From NCBI GenBank assembly GCA_036794825.1, contig DAIRGA010000015.1, positions 38,590 through 102,589 of the forward strand: DNA of 64,000 nucleotides, in the 5' to 3' direction. The notes under the pieces are model-generated. The model was not told where the DNA came from, made no database searches, and saw nothing but the letters and a program-made list of their open reading frames with translations. The position numbers and the translations under genes were made by a program. Shown here one piece after another: positions 36,293 to 46,055 of this stretch. The stretch comes from Bacteroidales bacterium (GTDB lineage: Bacteria; Bacteroidota; Bacteroidia; Bacteroidales; 4484-276). How positions within the stretch are numbered: the first letter of the stretch is position 1; every line of letters starts with the position of its first letter.

Positions 36293-36342
36293 CACACTTT
36301 TTTAGAGCATCAATAACACCCAAATCTTTCATTTATTGCATT

Positions 36343-38964
36343 ATGAATTCTGCTAAAATTCGCCAGACTTTTCTCGATTTCTTTGAAAATAAGCAACATA
36401 AAATCGTTTCATCCGCCCCGATGGTGGTAAAAAACGATCCAACTCTTATGTTTACCAATGCCGGGATGAACCAGTTTAAAGATATCTTTCTGGGAAATTC
36501 TCCGGTGGTTTATCCCCGGATAGCCAATTCCCAGAAATGCCTTCGTGTTTCAGGTAAACACAATGACCTGGAGGAGGTAGGGCATGATACCTATCATCAT
36601 ACCATGTTCGAAATGCTTGGCAATTGGTCGTTTGGCGATTATTTCAAAAAAGAAGCGATTGAATGGGGATGGGAATTGTTGACGGACGTTTACGGTCTGG
36701 AAAAAGACCGGCTCTATGTCACCGTTTTCGGAGGCGATCAATCGGAAAACCTGGAACCGGACAATGAAGCACGCGAAGTTTGGCGAGCTATTGTTCCGGA
36801 CGAGAGAATTTTGTTTGGGTCAAAAAAAGACAATTTCTGGGAAATGGGCGATGCCGGCCCATGCGGCCCCTGCTCTGAAATTCATGTTGATCTGCGGAGC
36901 GATGATGAACGGCGGCAAAAACCGGGAAGTGAAATGGTGAACACCGGCCACCCGGAAGTGATTGAAATCTGGAACCTTGTGTTTATCCAGTACAACCGCA
37001 AAAACGACGGATCATTGGAGCCTCTCCCGGCCAAACACGTTGACACCGGTATGGGCTTCGAGCGGTTGACGATGGCTTTGCAGCACAAAAAATCGAACTA
37101 CGACACCGATGTTTTTCAGCCCGTGATTGCTGATATTGGACGGATTACCGGTAAGAAATACGGCGATAACCAGAAGCAGGACATCGCCATGCGGGTGATT
37201 GCCGACCATTTGCGCGCCATCGCTTTTGCCATTGCCGACGGACAATTGCCCTCAAACAACAAAGCAGGCTATGTAATACGGAGAATTCTGCGCCGCGCAG
37301 TGCGCTACGGCTTTACCTTCCTCGATTGCAAAGAGCCTTTCATCAATAAACTTGTAAAAGTCCTGGTGCAGGAAATGGGAGCATTTTTCCCCGAACTGAA
37401 AGCTCAGCAGGAGTTGATTACCAAAGTAATTGCTGAAGAGGAAAACGCATTCCTGCGCACGCTTTCGCAAGGAATCAAAAGATTTGAACTCTACATCGAA
37501 GCACATCCGGGGTTGACCGAAATTGACGGCGCTTTTGCCTTCGAACTCTTTGATACCTATGGTTTTCCGGTGGATTTGACCCAACTGATAGCACGTGAGA
37601 ACAATCTCTCTGTTGACATGGAAGCGTTTAGCCGCAACCTTGAACAGCAAAAGCAACGCTCCCGTCTTGCAGCCGAAGTGGACACTGATGAATGGGTAGA
37701 GATCAGAAAAGGCAACGACAAAACCCTTTTTATGGGCTATGAAACCCTTGTGGCTGAAGCACAGATTATGAAGTTCAGAAAGGTAAAGACACAGAAGGAT
37801 ACCTTCTACCAGATTGTCCTGGATCAAACCCCGTTTTATGCCGAATCCGGCGGACAGGTGGGCGATCGCGGCACCCTGACATCCGGCGATGAGACAATTA
37901 TCATTAAGGACACCCAGAAAGAGAACGACCTGATTGTGCATATCACCGAAAAACTTCCTGCCGATGTTTCGGTAGTATTTGTAGCACAGGTGGATGCCGA
38001 AAAGCGCCGCATGACCATGAACCATCACAGCGCCACCCACCTGATGCACGCAGCATTGAAGAAAGTGCTCGGAAATCATGTGGAACAGCGCGGATCCCTG
38101 GTGGACGAGAACCGCCTGCGTTTCGACTTTTCTCATTTTGCAAAAATGACTCCTGAGGAGATCAGGAAAGTGGAAGCGATCGTTAATGCCAAAATCAGGG
38201 AAAATGTGCCCGTGCACGACCAGCGGGAAGTACCGATAGATGAAGCCAAAGCTATGGGAGCAGCGGCTCTTTTTGGCGAGAAATACGGCGAGCGCGTACG
38301 GGTAATAACCTTCGATCCAGCCTATTCCATCGAGTTTTGCGGAGGTACGCACGTTCCCTCCACAGGCCAGATTGGGATGTTTAAGATTGTTTCGGAAACT
38401 GCTATTGCTGCCGGGATTCGCCGTATCGAAGCCATCACTGCCGACCGGGTGGAGGAGATGCTGCACGACCACGAAAGTGTAATTTCCGGCCTGAAAGATA
38501 TCTTCAAAAATAAGCCTGATCTGGTAAAAGCGGTTCATGAGCTTCAGGATGAAAAGAAAGCCCTCGAGAAGCAGATCGAGGCCATGAAGCGTGAAAAAAT
38601 CGCTAACCTGAAATTTGTGCTGAAACAGCAGGCTGAAAATGTTAACGGCATTAATTTTATAGCCCGGAAAATTGAAGGCGACGCCCAGGGCGCCAAAGAC
38701 CTCGCTTTTATGCTGAAGGATATCGTGGAGAATATGTGCCTGGTACTTGGTTACGAAAGTGATGGAAAAGCCGGCCTCACCGTAATGATTGCCGACGAAC
38801 TGGTAAAAAGCCACAACCTCAATGCCGGCCAGATCATCCGCGAAATAGCCAAAGAGATAGAAGGCGGCGGCGGCGGACAGGCTCATTTTGCTACCGCAGG
38901 CGGTAAGAACCCCGCCGGGATTGAGAGGGCATTGGAGAGAGCGAGAGCACTCCTTGTGAAATAG
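36343..38964 (+). CDS. alaS: Alanine--tRNA ligase
   Basis: 873 aa. IRQTFLDFFENKQHKIVSSAP, FTNAGMNQFKD, WSFGDYFK, the editing-domain HSATHLMHAAL motif and C-terminal GGGGGQAHFATAGG. Confidence 0.97.
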   Translation: MNSAKIRQTFLDFFENKQHKIVSSAPMVVKNDPTLMFTNAGMNQFKDIFLGNSPVVYPRIANSQKCLRVSGKHNDLEEVGHDTYHHTMFEMLGNWSFGDYFKKEAIEWGWELLTDVYGLEKDRLYVTVFGGDQSENLEPDNEAREVWRAIVPDERILFGSKKDNFWEMGDAGPCGPCSEIHVDLRSDDERRQKPGSEMVNTGHPEVIEIWNLVFIQYNRKNDGSLEPLPAKHVDTGMGFERLTMALQHKKSNYDTDVFQPVIADIGRITGKKYGDNQKQDIAMRVIADHLRAIAFAIADGQLPSNNKAGYVIRRILRRAVRYGFTFLDCKEPFINKLVKVLVQEMGAFFPELKAQQELITKVIAEEENAFLRTLSQGIKRFELYIEAHPGLTEIDGAFAFELFDTYGFPVDLTQLIARENNLSVDMEAFSRNLEQQKQRSRLAAEVDTDEWVEIRKGNDKTLFMGYETLVAEAQIMKFRKVKTQKDTFYQIVLDQTPFYAESGGQVGDRGTLTSGDETIIIKDTQKENDLIVHITEKLPADVSVVFVAQVDAEKRRMTMNHHSATHLMHAALKKVLGNHVEQRGSLVDENRLRFDFSHFAKMTPEEIRKVEAIVNAKIRENVPVHDQREVPIDEAKAMGAAALFGEKYGERVRVITFDPAYSIEFCGGTHVPSTGQIGMFKIVSETAIAAGIRRIEAITADRVEEMLHDHESVISGLKDIFKNKPDLVKAVHELQDEKKALEKQIEAMKREKIANLKFVLKQQAENVNGINFIARKIEGDAQGAKDLAFMLKDIVENMCLVLGYESDGKAGLTVMIADELVKSHNLNAGQIIREIAKEIEGGGGGQAHFATAGGKNPAGIERALERARALLVK

Positions 38965-39120
38965 TTATAGGTAAGAAATTTGGGTTAAAGCAATAAAACA
39001 GATAAGTGACTAAAAATCCGGTAGATGTAACTTTTCTTCCGAAAATTTTGTAGTTCGCAAAAAAGTCCGATCTTTGCCGACCAAATTTTTAATTGTGTAT
39101 TAATCATTTAACTAAGTAAA

Positions 39121-39666
39121 ATGCCAACAAAAATCAGATTGCAGAGACATGGTAAAAAGGGTCGCCCCTTCTACCATATTGTTATTGCGGATGGTCGGGC
39201 ACCACGTGACGGAAGATTTACCGAAAGGATTGGTACTTACAACCCGGTTGCAAATCCGGCGGAGATTACCCTCGACTTCGACAGAGCCATTTACTGGCTT
39301 CAGGTTGGAGCTCAACCCACCGACACAGTGCGTACGCTCTTTTCGTTCAAAGGAGTTTTGTACAAAAACCACCTGCTCAAAGGAGTGAAAAAAGGCGCCC
39401 TAACTGCCGAAGAGGCCGAATTGAAATTCCAGCAGTGGAAAGAAGACAAACAGCAGCGCTTCCTCAACTCGTTGAAAGAAATGGAAAACAAGAAGCGCTC
39501 GGATTTGAAAAAGAGCATCGAGGAAGAGGCTAAGATTAAGGAAAAGCGTGCTGAAGACATAGCCAAAAAGCGTGCTGAAGAGATCGAAAAACAAGTGAGA
39601 GCGGCTCAGGAGAAGAAAGCAGCCAAAGAGGCCGAAGATGCAGAACCCGCTCAGACTGAAGAGTAA
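39121..39666 (+). CDS. rpsP: 30S ribosomal protein S16 with a Lys/Glu-rich C-terminal extension
   Basis: [42 protein letters not shown] is the S16 core, followed by a ~95-aa charged tail (the long Bacteroidota form). Confidence 0.93.
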   Translation: MPTKIRLQRHGKKGRPFYHIVIADGRAPRDGRFTERIGTYNPVANPAEITLDFDRAIYWLQVGAQPTDTVRTLFSFKGVLYKNHLLKGVKKGALTAEEAELKFQQWKEDKQQRFLNSLKEMENKKRSDLKKSIEEEAKIKEKRAEDIAKKRAEEIEKQVRAAQEKKAAKEAEDAEPAQTEE

Positions 39667-39699
39667 ATCATACTTCAATCGTTTCACAAAACATCTAAG

Positions 39700-39739
39700 C
39701 CGGAGAGATCAGCAACAGGCCGATTCTCCGGTTTTTTTT
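39700..39739 (+). terminator. Intrinsic terminator/attenuator between rpsP and rimM
   Basis: Stem ccggaga (39700-39706) pairs with tctccgg (39725-39731). T8 follows at 39732-39739. The rimM ATG is at 39745. Confidence 0.7.
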
Positions 39740-39744
39740 ATGCC

Positions 39745-40257
39745 ATGAATAGAGAAGATTTTATAGAATTCGGGAAAATCACCAAAGCCAACAGGAAGAC
39801 GGCTGAAATAACCATTGCTACAGAGGTAGCGCTGCCAGACCCACCTCCCGCCTTTGAAATTATTTTTCTGGAAATTGATGGCGGGCTGGTACCATTTTTC
39901 CTGAAAGAGTTTGATGTGAGGGCAAATAACGCTGTTGGTCTGGTCGAAGACTACGACTCGCCGGACAAAGCACAGAAGCTGGTTGGCTGTCGGGTCTTTA
40001 TCAAAAAGGAACTCCTGGCTGGAGGCAGCGATGAAATTTTCTACAAGGCGATTATTGGTTTCGCGGTTTTCGACCAAACATTGGGTGAGATCGGCAGGAT
40101 TGCTGAGATTTTCGAGACTCCTCACCAGATTTTACTTCAGGTGATCAAAGATGACCGGGAGATACTGATTCCGCTGGTTGAGGAATTTACCCTCAGCATT
40201 AACAAGCGTAAAAAGCAGCTTTTTATGGATTTGCCGGAGGGATTGACTGAGCTGTAA
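39745..40257 (+). CDS. rimM: 16S rRNA processing protein RimM
   Basis: 170 aa directly after rpsP. IGKITKA-type N-terminus and PRC-barrel-like C-terminus (ILIPLVEEF). Confidence 0.8.
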   Translation: MNREDFIEFGKITKANRKTAEITIATEVALPDPPPAFEIIFLEIDGGLVPFFLKEFDVRANNAVGLVEDYDSPDKAQKLVGCRVFIKKELLAGGSDEIFYKAIIGFAVFDQTLGEIGRIAEIFETPHQILLQVIKDDREILIPLVEEFTLSINKRKKQLFMDLPEGLTEL

Positions 40258-40277
40258 CCAACTCATAATGAACGCTC

Positions 40278-40997
40278 ATGGAGGATTTCAGTTTTCGGCA
40301 GTTCACCATTTCCCATCAACGATCCACGCTGAAAGTAGGCACGGACGCTCTACTGCTTGGTGCGCTGGCCAGTTTGTCTGGAAACGAAAAATTGATCCTT
40401 GATGTGGGCGCCGGCTGCGGTGTTATAGCCCTGATGCTTGCGCAAAGATCACCCGCTGTTATAGATGCCATCGAGATTGATGTGCAATCGGCGCTGGAAG
40501 CTGGTTCCAATTTTAAACGCTCACCCTGGTCAAACAGGCTGAAATCAATCAGCACATCATTTCAGGATTATTCGGTTTCGTGTAATAATCAGTATGATTT
40601 GATTGTGAGCAATCCACCCTTTTTTCAAAATTGCCTTTTACCCCAGGAGAAAAAATCAAGTCTTGCCAAACACAACCGGCAACTTGGATTTGATGAGTTT
40701 TTGAGCTGTACTGTCAATGTTTTATCCTCTGATGGCTCTTTGGCTGTGATCCTCCCGGTTGCTGAATCGGAAGTTTTTACTCAAAAAGCTCAGGAACACG
40801 GCTTGTTGCTTTATCGTTTGACTGAAATCATACCGATTGAAAACAAAAAGGCAAACCGAAAAGTCCTGCATTTTTCAAAGAAAATCAGCGCAGCACAGGT
40901 TCATCAGGTAATTACACTTAGAGAGAAAGACGGAAAATTCTCTGAGGAGTACAAAACGCTTACCCGTGATTTTCATCCGGAGGAATATTTCAGGTAA
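40278..40997 (+). CDS. SAM-dependent methyltransferase, tRNA1(Val) (adenine37-N6)-methyltransferase-like (TrmN6/YfiC)
   Basis: SAM motif ILDVGAGCGVIALMLAQR and catalytic LIVSNPPFF (NPPF). Confidence 0.7.
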   Translation: MEDFSFRQFTISHQRSTLKVGTDALLLGALASLSGNEKLILDVGAGCGVIALMLAQRSPAVIDAIEIDVQSALEAGSNFKRSPWSNRLKSISTSFQDYSVSCNNQYDLIVSNPPFFQNCLLPQEKKSSLAKHNRQLGFDEFLSCTVNVLSSDGSLAVILPVAESEVFTQKAQEHGLLLYRLTEIIPIENKKANRKVLHFSKKISAAQVHQVITLREKDGKFSEEYKTLTRDFHPEEYFR

Positions 40998-41008
40998 ATG
41001 CTATGCAA

Positions 41009-42463
41009 TTATTTTGCAGAATTCCTGAACCGAACGATGTTTCGGGCCATCCCTCTGAAGACAAAAAAGTGAAACGGCATCACTGAATACCAGTAGAGTC
41101 GTCCGGCCAGGCCTTTTGGGCGGAATGTGGCAGTTTGCACAAGACGGGCTCTGGTCCCCGTATCTTTGATTATAAACTCCAGCCATGCTTCGCCGGGAAG
41201 TTTCATTTCGGCGTACAGCAGCAGGCGTTTGTTTTCGCGGTCGGCAGCCAGAACTCTCCAGAAATCGAGCGTGTCGCCGGTATGAATCGTTGTCGGGCTG
41301 GTACGGCCTCTTCGCAACCCGACGCCGCCCTGGAGTTTATCCAAAAATCCACGCAACTGCCAGAGCCAGTCGGCATAATACCAACCTCTGGCGCCGCCTA
41401 TAGCCCAGATGTTATCGAGTACCCGCTCAGGATCGCCCGGAATCAGGATTTCCCTCTGATCTTTGTAGCATCCGAAAACCGGAACATTGACGTGCGCCAG
41501 CAGCGAATTGTCGGCGCTGCTCGAAACCAGGGCATCCTTCCAACTCGAAACCACCATGTTCTGCTCGATGCGCTGAAATGCCATCCGGACGGCCTCCTTG
41601 TAAGATATTGGATTGATATTCAATAGTTTTTCAAGCTCGTTGTTGCGGGCAATCACCTCCACCTTCATGCTGTTTACCAGGTTTACGGCGAGTTGGTATG
41701 AGGTGGAAGTTACGAAGTAAAGCCAGTAGGAGGAGAGCCGGGGCGTCATCACAGGCACGGTATATATGTACCTTTTAAGTCCGCGTACTTCGGCATATTG
41801 CAGCAGCATTTCCTTGTAGGTCAGTACTTCAGGGCCGCCTATATCGAAGGATTTGTTAAAAGTATCGCTACGCAGCAACACGCCGGTAAGGTATTCCATA
41901 ACGTTTCGCACGGCAACAGGCTGACTTTTGGTGTTCAGCCACCGTGGGGTAATCATTACCGGCAACTTTTCTGCCAGATCGCGGATAATTTCAAATGATG
42001 CGCTGCCCGAACCTACAATGATGCCTGCTTTTATGGCTGTAACGGGCACTTTTCCGGTTCTTAAAACTTTTTCCACTTTTTGCCTGGATCTCAGGTGCCT
42101 GGAAAGGTTTTCATTGTTGTCAATTCCGCCAAGATAAATCACCTGTCTGGCCTGTGTCTGGTGAATGAGTTTGACAAAATTGTTTGCTGATTGTACCTCC
42201 AGTTGCTCAAAGTCTTCGGTACTGGCGCTCATCGAATGTATAAGAAAGTAAGCTGCATCAATATCCCGGATGATTTCAGATGAAGGAATTTCTTTCAGAA
42301 AATCAACTTCGAAAAGCCTGATGCCGGGATACTTCGAAAGAAGCTCCGGAGGAAAGCGCTGTTTGTCGCGCACACAGCAGATTACCTCATGCCCCTTACC
42401 GATTAGCAGCGGAAGAAGACGCTTCCCGATGTATCCTGTGGTTCCAGTTAGTAGAATTTTCAT
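41009..42463 (-). CDS. NAD(P)-binding SDR-type protein fused to a DUF2867-like C-terminal domain
   Basis: MKILLTGTTGYIGKRLLP is a Rossmann TGxxGxxG motif. Start chosen at ATG 42463 (alternative 42475; the track start is 42529). Confidence 0.7.
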   Translation of the reverse strand: MKILLTGTTGYIGKRLLPLLIGKGHEVICCVRDKQRFPPELLSKYPGIRLFEVDFLKEIPSSEIIRDIDAAYFLIHSMSASTEDFEQLEVQSANNFVKLIHQTQARQVIYLGGIDNNENLSRHLRSRQKVEKVLRTGKVPVTAIKAGIIVGSGSASFEIIRDLAEKLPVMITPRWLNTKSQPVAVRNVMEYLTGVLLRSDTFNKSFDIGGPEVLTYKEMLLQYAEVRGLKRYIYTVPVMTPRLSSYWLYFVTSTSYQLAVNLVNSMKVEVIARNNELEKLLNINPISYKEAVRMAFQRIEQNMVVSSWKDALVSSSADNSLLAHVNVPVFGCYKDQREILIPGDPERVLDNIWAIGGARGWYYADWLWQLRGFLDKLQGGVGLRRGRTSPTTIHTGDTLDFWRVLAADRENKRLLLYAEMKLPGEAWLEFIIKDTGTRARLVQTATFRPKGLAGRLYWYSVMPFHFFVFRGMARNIVRFRNSAK

Positions 42464-42605
42464 TGGTAGATTCATTGACTTTTTGCACAACAAGCAGGTC
42501 AGCATCAGCTTGTTGATTGTCAGTGCCAACTAACAATCTGCAGCCGAAATAGTTTGGCGTTCCGGAAACACTTCATGCCGATCAACCAGGTAACTGGATT
42601 TGTGC

Positions 42606-42613
42606 TATTTTTG
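42606..42613 (+). promoter_or_regulatory. Candidate -7 box TATTTTTG for the DUF1573-yajC-ybbR-coaE genes
   Basis: Fits TAnnTTTG. It lies 32 nt upstream of ATG 42645. Confidence 0.45.
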
Positions 42614-42644
42614 CAGCCTTGTAAGCATTTACACAAAGTAAAAA

Positions 42645-43100
42645 ATGAGAAATCTCCTGGTACTTTTCTTTGCTCTGTTGATAACAACTTCCTGTGGCAG
42701 CGGAAACGGCGACAAGCTCCCAGCTGACATGGTAAGAAATCCAAAATCGGCCACTAAAAGCGGGAACGGCGACATGATGCCCGCGATCGCATTCGAAAAG
42801 ACAACCCACGATTTTGGCAGGCTGATTATGGGCGAGAAGGTTAGCTATGCTTTCAAATTCAAAAATTCCGGCTCCTCCGACCTGATAATCACCAACGTGA
42901 GCACCAGTTGTGGCTGCGCGGTTCCCACCTACACCAGCAAACCGGTAAAACCAGGTGAACAGGGTATCCTGTCTGTTTCGTTCGACAGCAATAACCGTAA
43001 AGGGTTTCAAAACAAAACCATTACGGTTGTTACCAATACCCAGCCCAACACTACCACCTTGAGCATCAAAGCGATGGTGGTAACACCCGGACAGAACTAA
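42645..43100 (+). CDS. DUF1573-domain lipoprotein
   Basis: Lipobox LITTSCG, then FEKTTHDFGRLIMGEKVSYAFKFKNSGSSDLIITNVSTSCGCAVP, typical of DUF1573. Confidence 0.75.
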   Translation: MRNLLVLFFALLITTSCGSGNGDKLPADMVRNPKSATKSGNGDMMPAIAFEKTTHDFGRLIMGEKVSYAFKFKNSGSSDLIITNVSTSCGCAVPTYTSKPVKPGEQGILSVSFDSNNRKGFQNKTITVVTNTQPNTTTLSIKAMVVTPGQN

Positions 43101-43135
43101 ACCGAATCAATTTCTAAAACATAAACTAAATTTTT

Positions 43136-43486
43136 ATGACCAGTCCAATTCTGAATTTTGTCTTATTAATGCAAAACCCCGAAGGTAACGAGGGTGGCGG
43201 TATGTCGTTCATTATCATGATCCTGCTGATGATCGTGGTGTTTTATTTTTTCATGATCCGTCCGCAGGCGCGCAAAGCCAAGCAGCAGAAAAACTTTCGC
43301 GACAACCTCAAAAAAGGCGATAAGATCATCACCATCGGTGGAATTCATGGAAGAATCCTCGAAGTGAAAGAAACTACCATCATCATCCAAACCGAAGGTG
43401 AAGGCAGGTTGAAGATCGAAAAGAGTGCCGCTGCCGTGGATGCCAGTTCGCAACTCGACGAGCAGGCTGCCCTGCCGCAGAAATAG
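43136..43486 (+). CDS. yajC: Preprotein translocase subunit YajC
   Basis: MILLMIVVFYFFMIRPQARKAKQQKNFRDNLKKGDKIITIGGIHGRI is the YajC signature. The exact start is uncertain. Confidence 0.85.
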   Translation: MTSPILNFVLLMQNPEGNEGGGMSFIIMILLMIVVFYFFMIRPQARKAKQQKNFRDNLKKGDKIITIGGIHGRILEVKETTIIIQTEGEGRLKIEKSAAAVDASSQLDEQAALPQK

Positions 43487-43504
43487 TTTTAATCTCTTCG
43501 TATT

Positions 43505-43553
43505 AAGGTTACGCCCAATCTTCAGACGATCAGGCGTAACCTTGACTTTTTTT
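43505..43553 (+). terminator. Intrinsic terminator after yajC
   Basis: 11-bp stem aaggttacgcc (43505-43515) pairs with ggcgtaacctt (43533-43543). T7 follows at 43547-43553. Confidence 0.75.
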
Positions 43554-43589
43554 AAAGTGATTATCAATCAATCTATCCACTAATAACCG

Positions 43590-44579
43590 GTGAACACTTT
43601 TAAACGACTCATCAGCCCGGACGACAGTAACTACCGTTACAAAACAACGGTATTTTTGATCTGCCTGGTGATTTCGTCTTCGATCTGGTTTTTGACGAAA
43701 TTTGCCTCTCAATACCCGGTAGAGATACGTTACTCATTGAAATTCAGTGGAGTACCTGAAGACAGGGTTTTGGTCAATCAGTCGGATAGTATGCTGAGGA
43801 TTAACGTGAAAGCCTCCGGTTTTGCTTTGTTGAAACACCAGTATTTCAATAAAACAAAACCTTTCGAAGTAAATGTCGGCCAATTCATTGGCCTTTTAAA
43901 AGGCGAATCTGCGGATGTGACTGTTGATAGCGACCTGATTGCGAGACAAATCAAAGAAACGCAGGGTGGAATACCCGGAACCATCGAGTACGTTTTTCCT
44001 GAAGCGTTGGTGTTTCGGCTCGACAGGGGCAATTTTAAGGAGGTTCCCCTGATTCCGGATGTGAGTTATACACTTATGAAGCAATATTTTGCTTACGACT
44101 CGCTGATGGTTGAGCCATCAACAGTGAGAATTTTCGGAATTTCTGAAGACCTCAGCAAAATCAATTACGTAAAAACTGCCCCGCTGAAGTTGGATAATCT
44201 CTCTGAGTCGGTGGATCGTGCGGTTGAAATTTTAAATCCAAGGCAAACCGGGGGCATTAGGGTGGAGCCAACCTCAGCCCGGATCACCCTTCAGGTCGAA
44301 AAATTTACCGAAGCCGGGATCGAAGTTCCCATTCAACCGGTCAACCTCCCTTCAGGCATGAGGGTAAAACTGTTTCCGGAAAAAGTAACAGTTTATTATA
44401 TGGTGGCGCTGAAAGATTTCAAAAGAATTGATCCTGAAATGTTTAACTGCAAAGTGAACCTTTCAAAACTCAAAGAGCAAACCGGTCAAAGAATCAGCGT
44501 CGAAGTTACCAACAGTCCTTCGTATGTCAAATTACAACGTGTGGCGCCGCCCGATGTCGAATTTATCATCCTCAAATAA
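43590..44579 (+). CDS. YbbR-like domain protein (GTG start)
   Basis: N-terminal TM followed by repeated beta-rich YbbR-like modules. Conserved position between yajC and coaE. The start codon at 43590 is GTG. Confidence 0.6.
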   Translation: MNTFKRLISPDDSNYRYKTTVFLICLVISSSIWFLTKFASQYPVEIRYSLKFSGVPEDRVLVNQSDSMLRINVKASGFALLKHQYFNKTKPFEVNVGQFIGLLKGESADVTVDSDLIARQIKETQGGIPGTIEYVFPEALVFRLDRGNFKEVPLIPDVSYTLMKQYFAYDSLMVEPSTVRIFGISEDLSKINYVKTAPLKLDNLSESVDRAVEILNPRQTGGIRVEPTSARITLQVEKFTEAGIEVPIQPVNLPSGMRVKLFPEKVTVYYMVALKDFKRIDPEMFNCKVNLSKLKEQTGQRISVEVTNSPSYVKLQRVAPPDVEFIILK

Positions 44580-45160
44580 TGCTGAAAATTGGACTCACCG
44601 GGGGAATAGGAAGCGGGAAAACGCTGGTGGCTGAGATTTTTAAAACCCTGCAGATCCCGGTTTTCAATGCTGACCAGCAGGCAAAATCATTATTGCATAC
44701 CCCCTGGACTAAGGATCAATTGAGAAAAATATTTGGCGATGCAATTTTTGGGCTTGATGAAATTGACCGAAAAGCTCTTGCAAACGTGGTTTTCAGCCAG
44801 CCCGACAAACTGGCGCTACTCAACGAAGTGATTCATCCAAAGGTGCATGAGCTTTTTTACACCTTTGCCAATGAAACCGCTTCCAGCCGATTCATCATTT
44901 ATGAAGCGGCAATCCTGATTGAGACAGGTTTTTATCAACAGCTTGACAACCTGATTCTGGTGACGGCTGATGAAGAACTGCGCATATCGAGGGTGATGAA
45001 GCGCGACAATGTCAGTCGTGAAATGGTTGTACAGCGAATGAAAAACCAATGGCCGGATGAAAAGAAAATTCCTGTTTCCGGATTTGTCATCCGCAACGAC
45101 GAAAATTCCCTGCTCATTCCACAGGTACTTGCAGTTTTCAACCAATTAATTAAGTCGTAG
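44579..45160 (+). CDS. coaE: Dephospho-CoA kinase
   Basis: MLKIGLTGGIGSGKT carries the P-loop. The ATG overlaps the upstream TAA by 1 nt. Confidence 0.9.
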   Translation: MLKIGLTGGIGSGKTLVAEIFKTLQIPVFNADQQAKSLLHTPWTKDQLRKIFGDAIFGLDEIDRKALANVVFSQPDKLALLNEVIHPKVHELFYTFANETASSRFIIYEAAILIETGFYQQLDNLILVTADEELRISRVMKRDNVSREMVVQRMKNQWPDEKKIPVSGFVIRNDENSLLIPQVLAVFNQLIKS

Positions 45161-45169
45161 GATTACTGG

Positions 45170-45793
45170 CTAAAATGTTGCTAAAGAGCCAACTATCCAA
45201 AGGGCAACTATCACGACCCCAAGCAATCCATTAATGAGGTACTTGTTCCTAACGGATTCGTTTTCAAGTTTAACACGGATTTTCAGCGAATACACTGTTA
45301 TGACGATGGCAGAGGAAAAAACTGCAGCAAGCGTGGCCTTTACCAGCAGATGCTCTATCAGTTTGTCAGCACCCCAGTGTCCGGTAACATAAGTGTTCAT
45401 TATTCCGAAAATCCCAAAAGCAAGAAAAATAGTCAGTATGCAGGAAAGTGCGAGGTTTTGCAGCCGCAGATTTTTGGAAGACATAAAAAGCGATGCTGCC
45501 AATTCAAAGCTTATTCCCATAAAGAGCATTGCCAGCGGGGCATTCAATTGCACGCTGAACGGACAACTGTAACAATGATAATTATTGAATTTGAAGAGGA
45601 CAGCGATTAGGACAATCAGTGTGGAAACCCCCGGTCTGGGAAGCTTTAACCGTGCAAAAACAAGCATTGCCAGTGAGATGGCGTTTACTATTGAGGAGCG
45701 GTAAGGCATGGCAAAACTGCCGATTAAGGCCTCATTCAAACCTATCAGAGAACCAAAAAGCAAAATCCACATCCAATTCATTTTGAGGAACAT
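45170..45793 (-). CDS. Polytopic membrane protein, unknown function
   Basis: 207 aa with about 6 hydrophobic segments. No family recognised. Confidence 0.5.
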   Translation of the reverse strand: MFLKMNWMWILLFGSLIGLNEALIGSFAMPYRSSIVNAISLAMLVFARLKLPRPGVSTLIVLIAVLFKFNNYHCYSCPFSVQLNAPLAMLFMGISFELAASLFMSSKNLRLQNLALSCILTIFLAFGIFGIMNTYVTGHWGADKLIEHLLVKATLAAVFSSAIVITVYSLKIRVKLENESVRNKYLINGLLGVVIVALWIVGSLATF

Positions 45794-46055
45794 AGCGATA
45801 ATATTTTATGTTGAACTTGAATACTAATTCAGCGCCTGCTTTAATCCAAAACAAATTCAAAATTACAAAAATGATGCAATGAGGGATTGCTATCCGATGG
45901 GCAAATGCACCTCTTGCCACGAGTAATCATATCAAAGTATTTCTGTTGCCTGCAGATAAAATGCAGACTGGTACCATTTTTTAGAGGTATTCCGGATATT
46001 TGCAAACTAATGATTGAATTTCAAACCGTTAATTAACTCGTTTATTATTTGATTA

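Noticed and set aside
39121-39666. The Lys/Glu-rich C-terminal extension of S16 as something unusual.
   Set aside because: From memory, long charged tails on S16 are the normal form in Bacteroidota. This is not a novelty.
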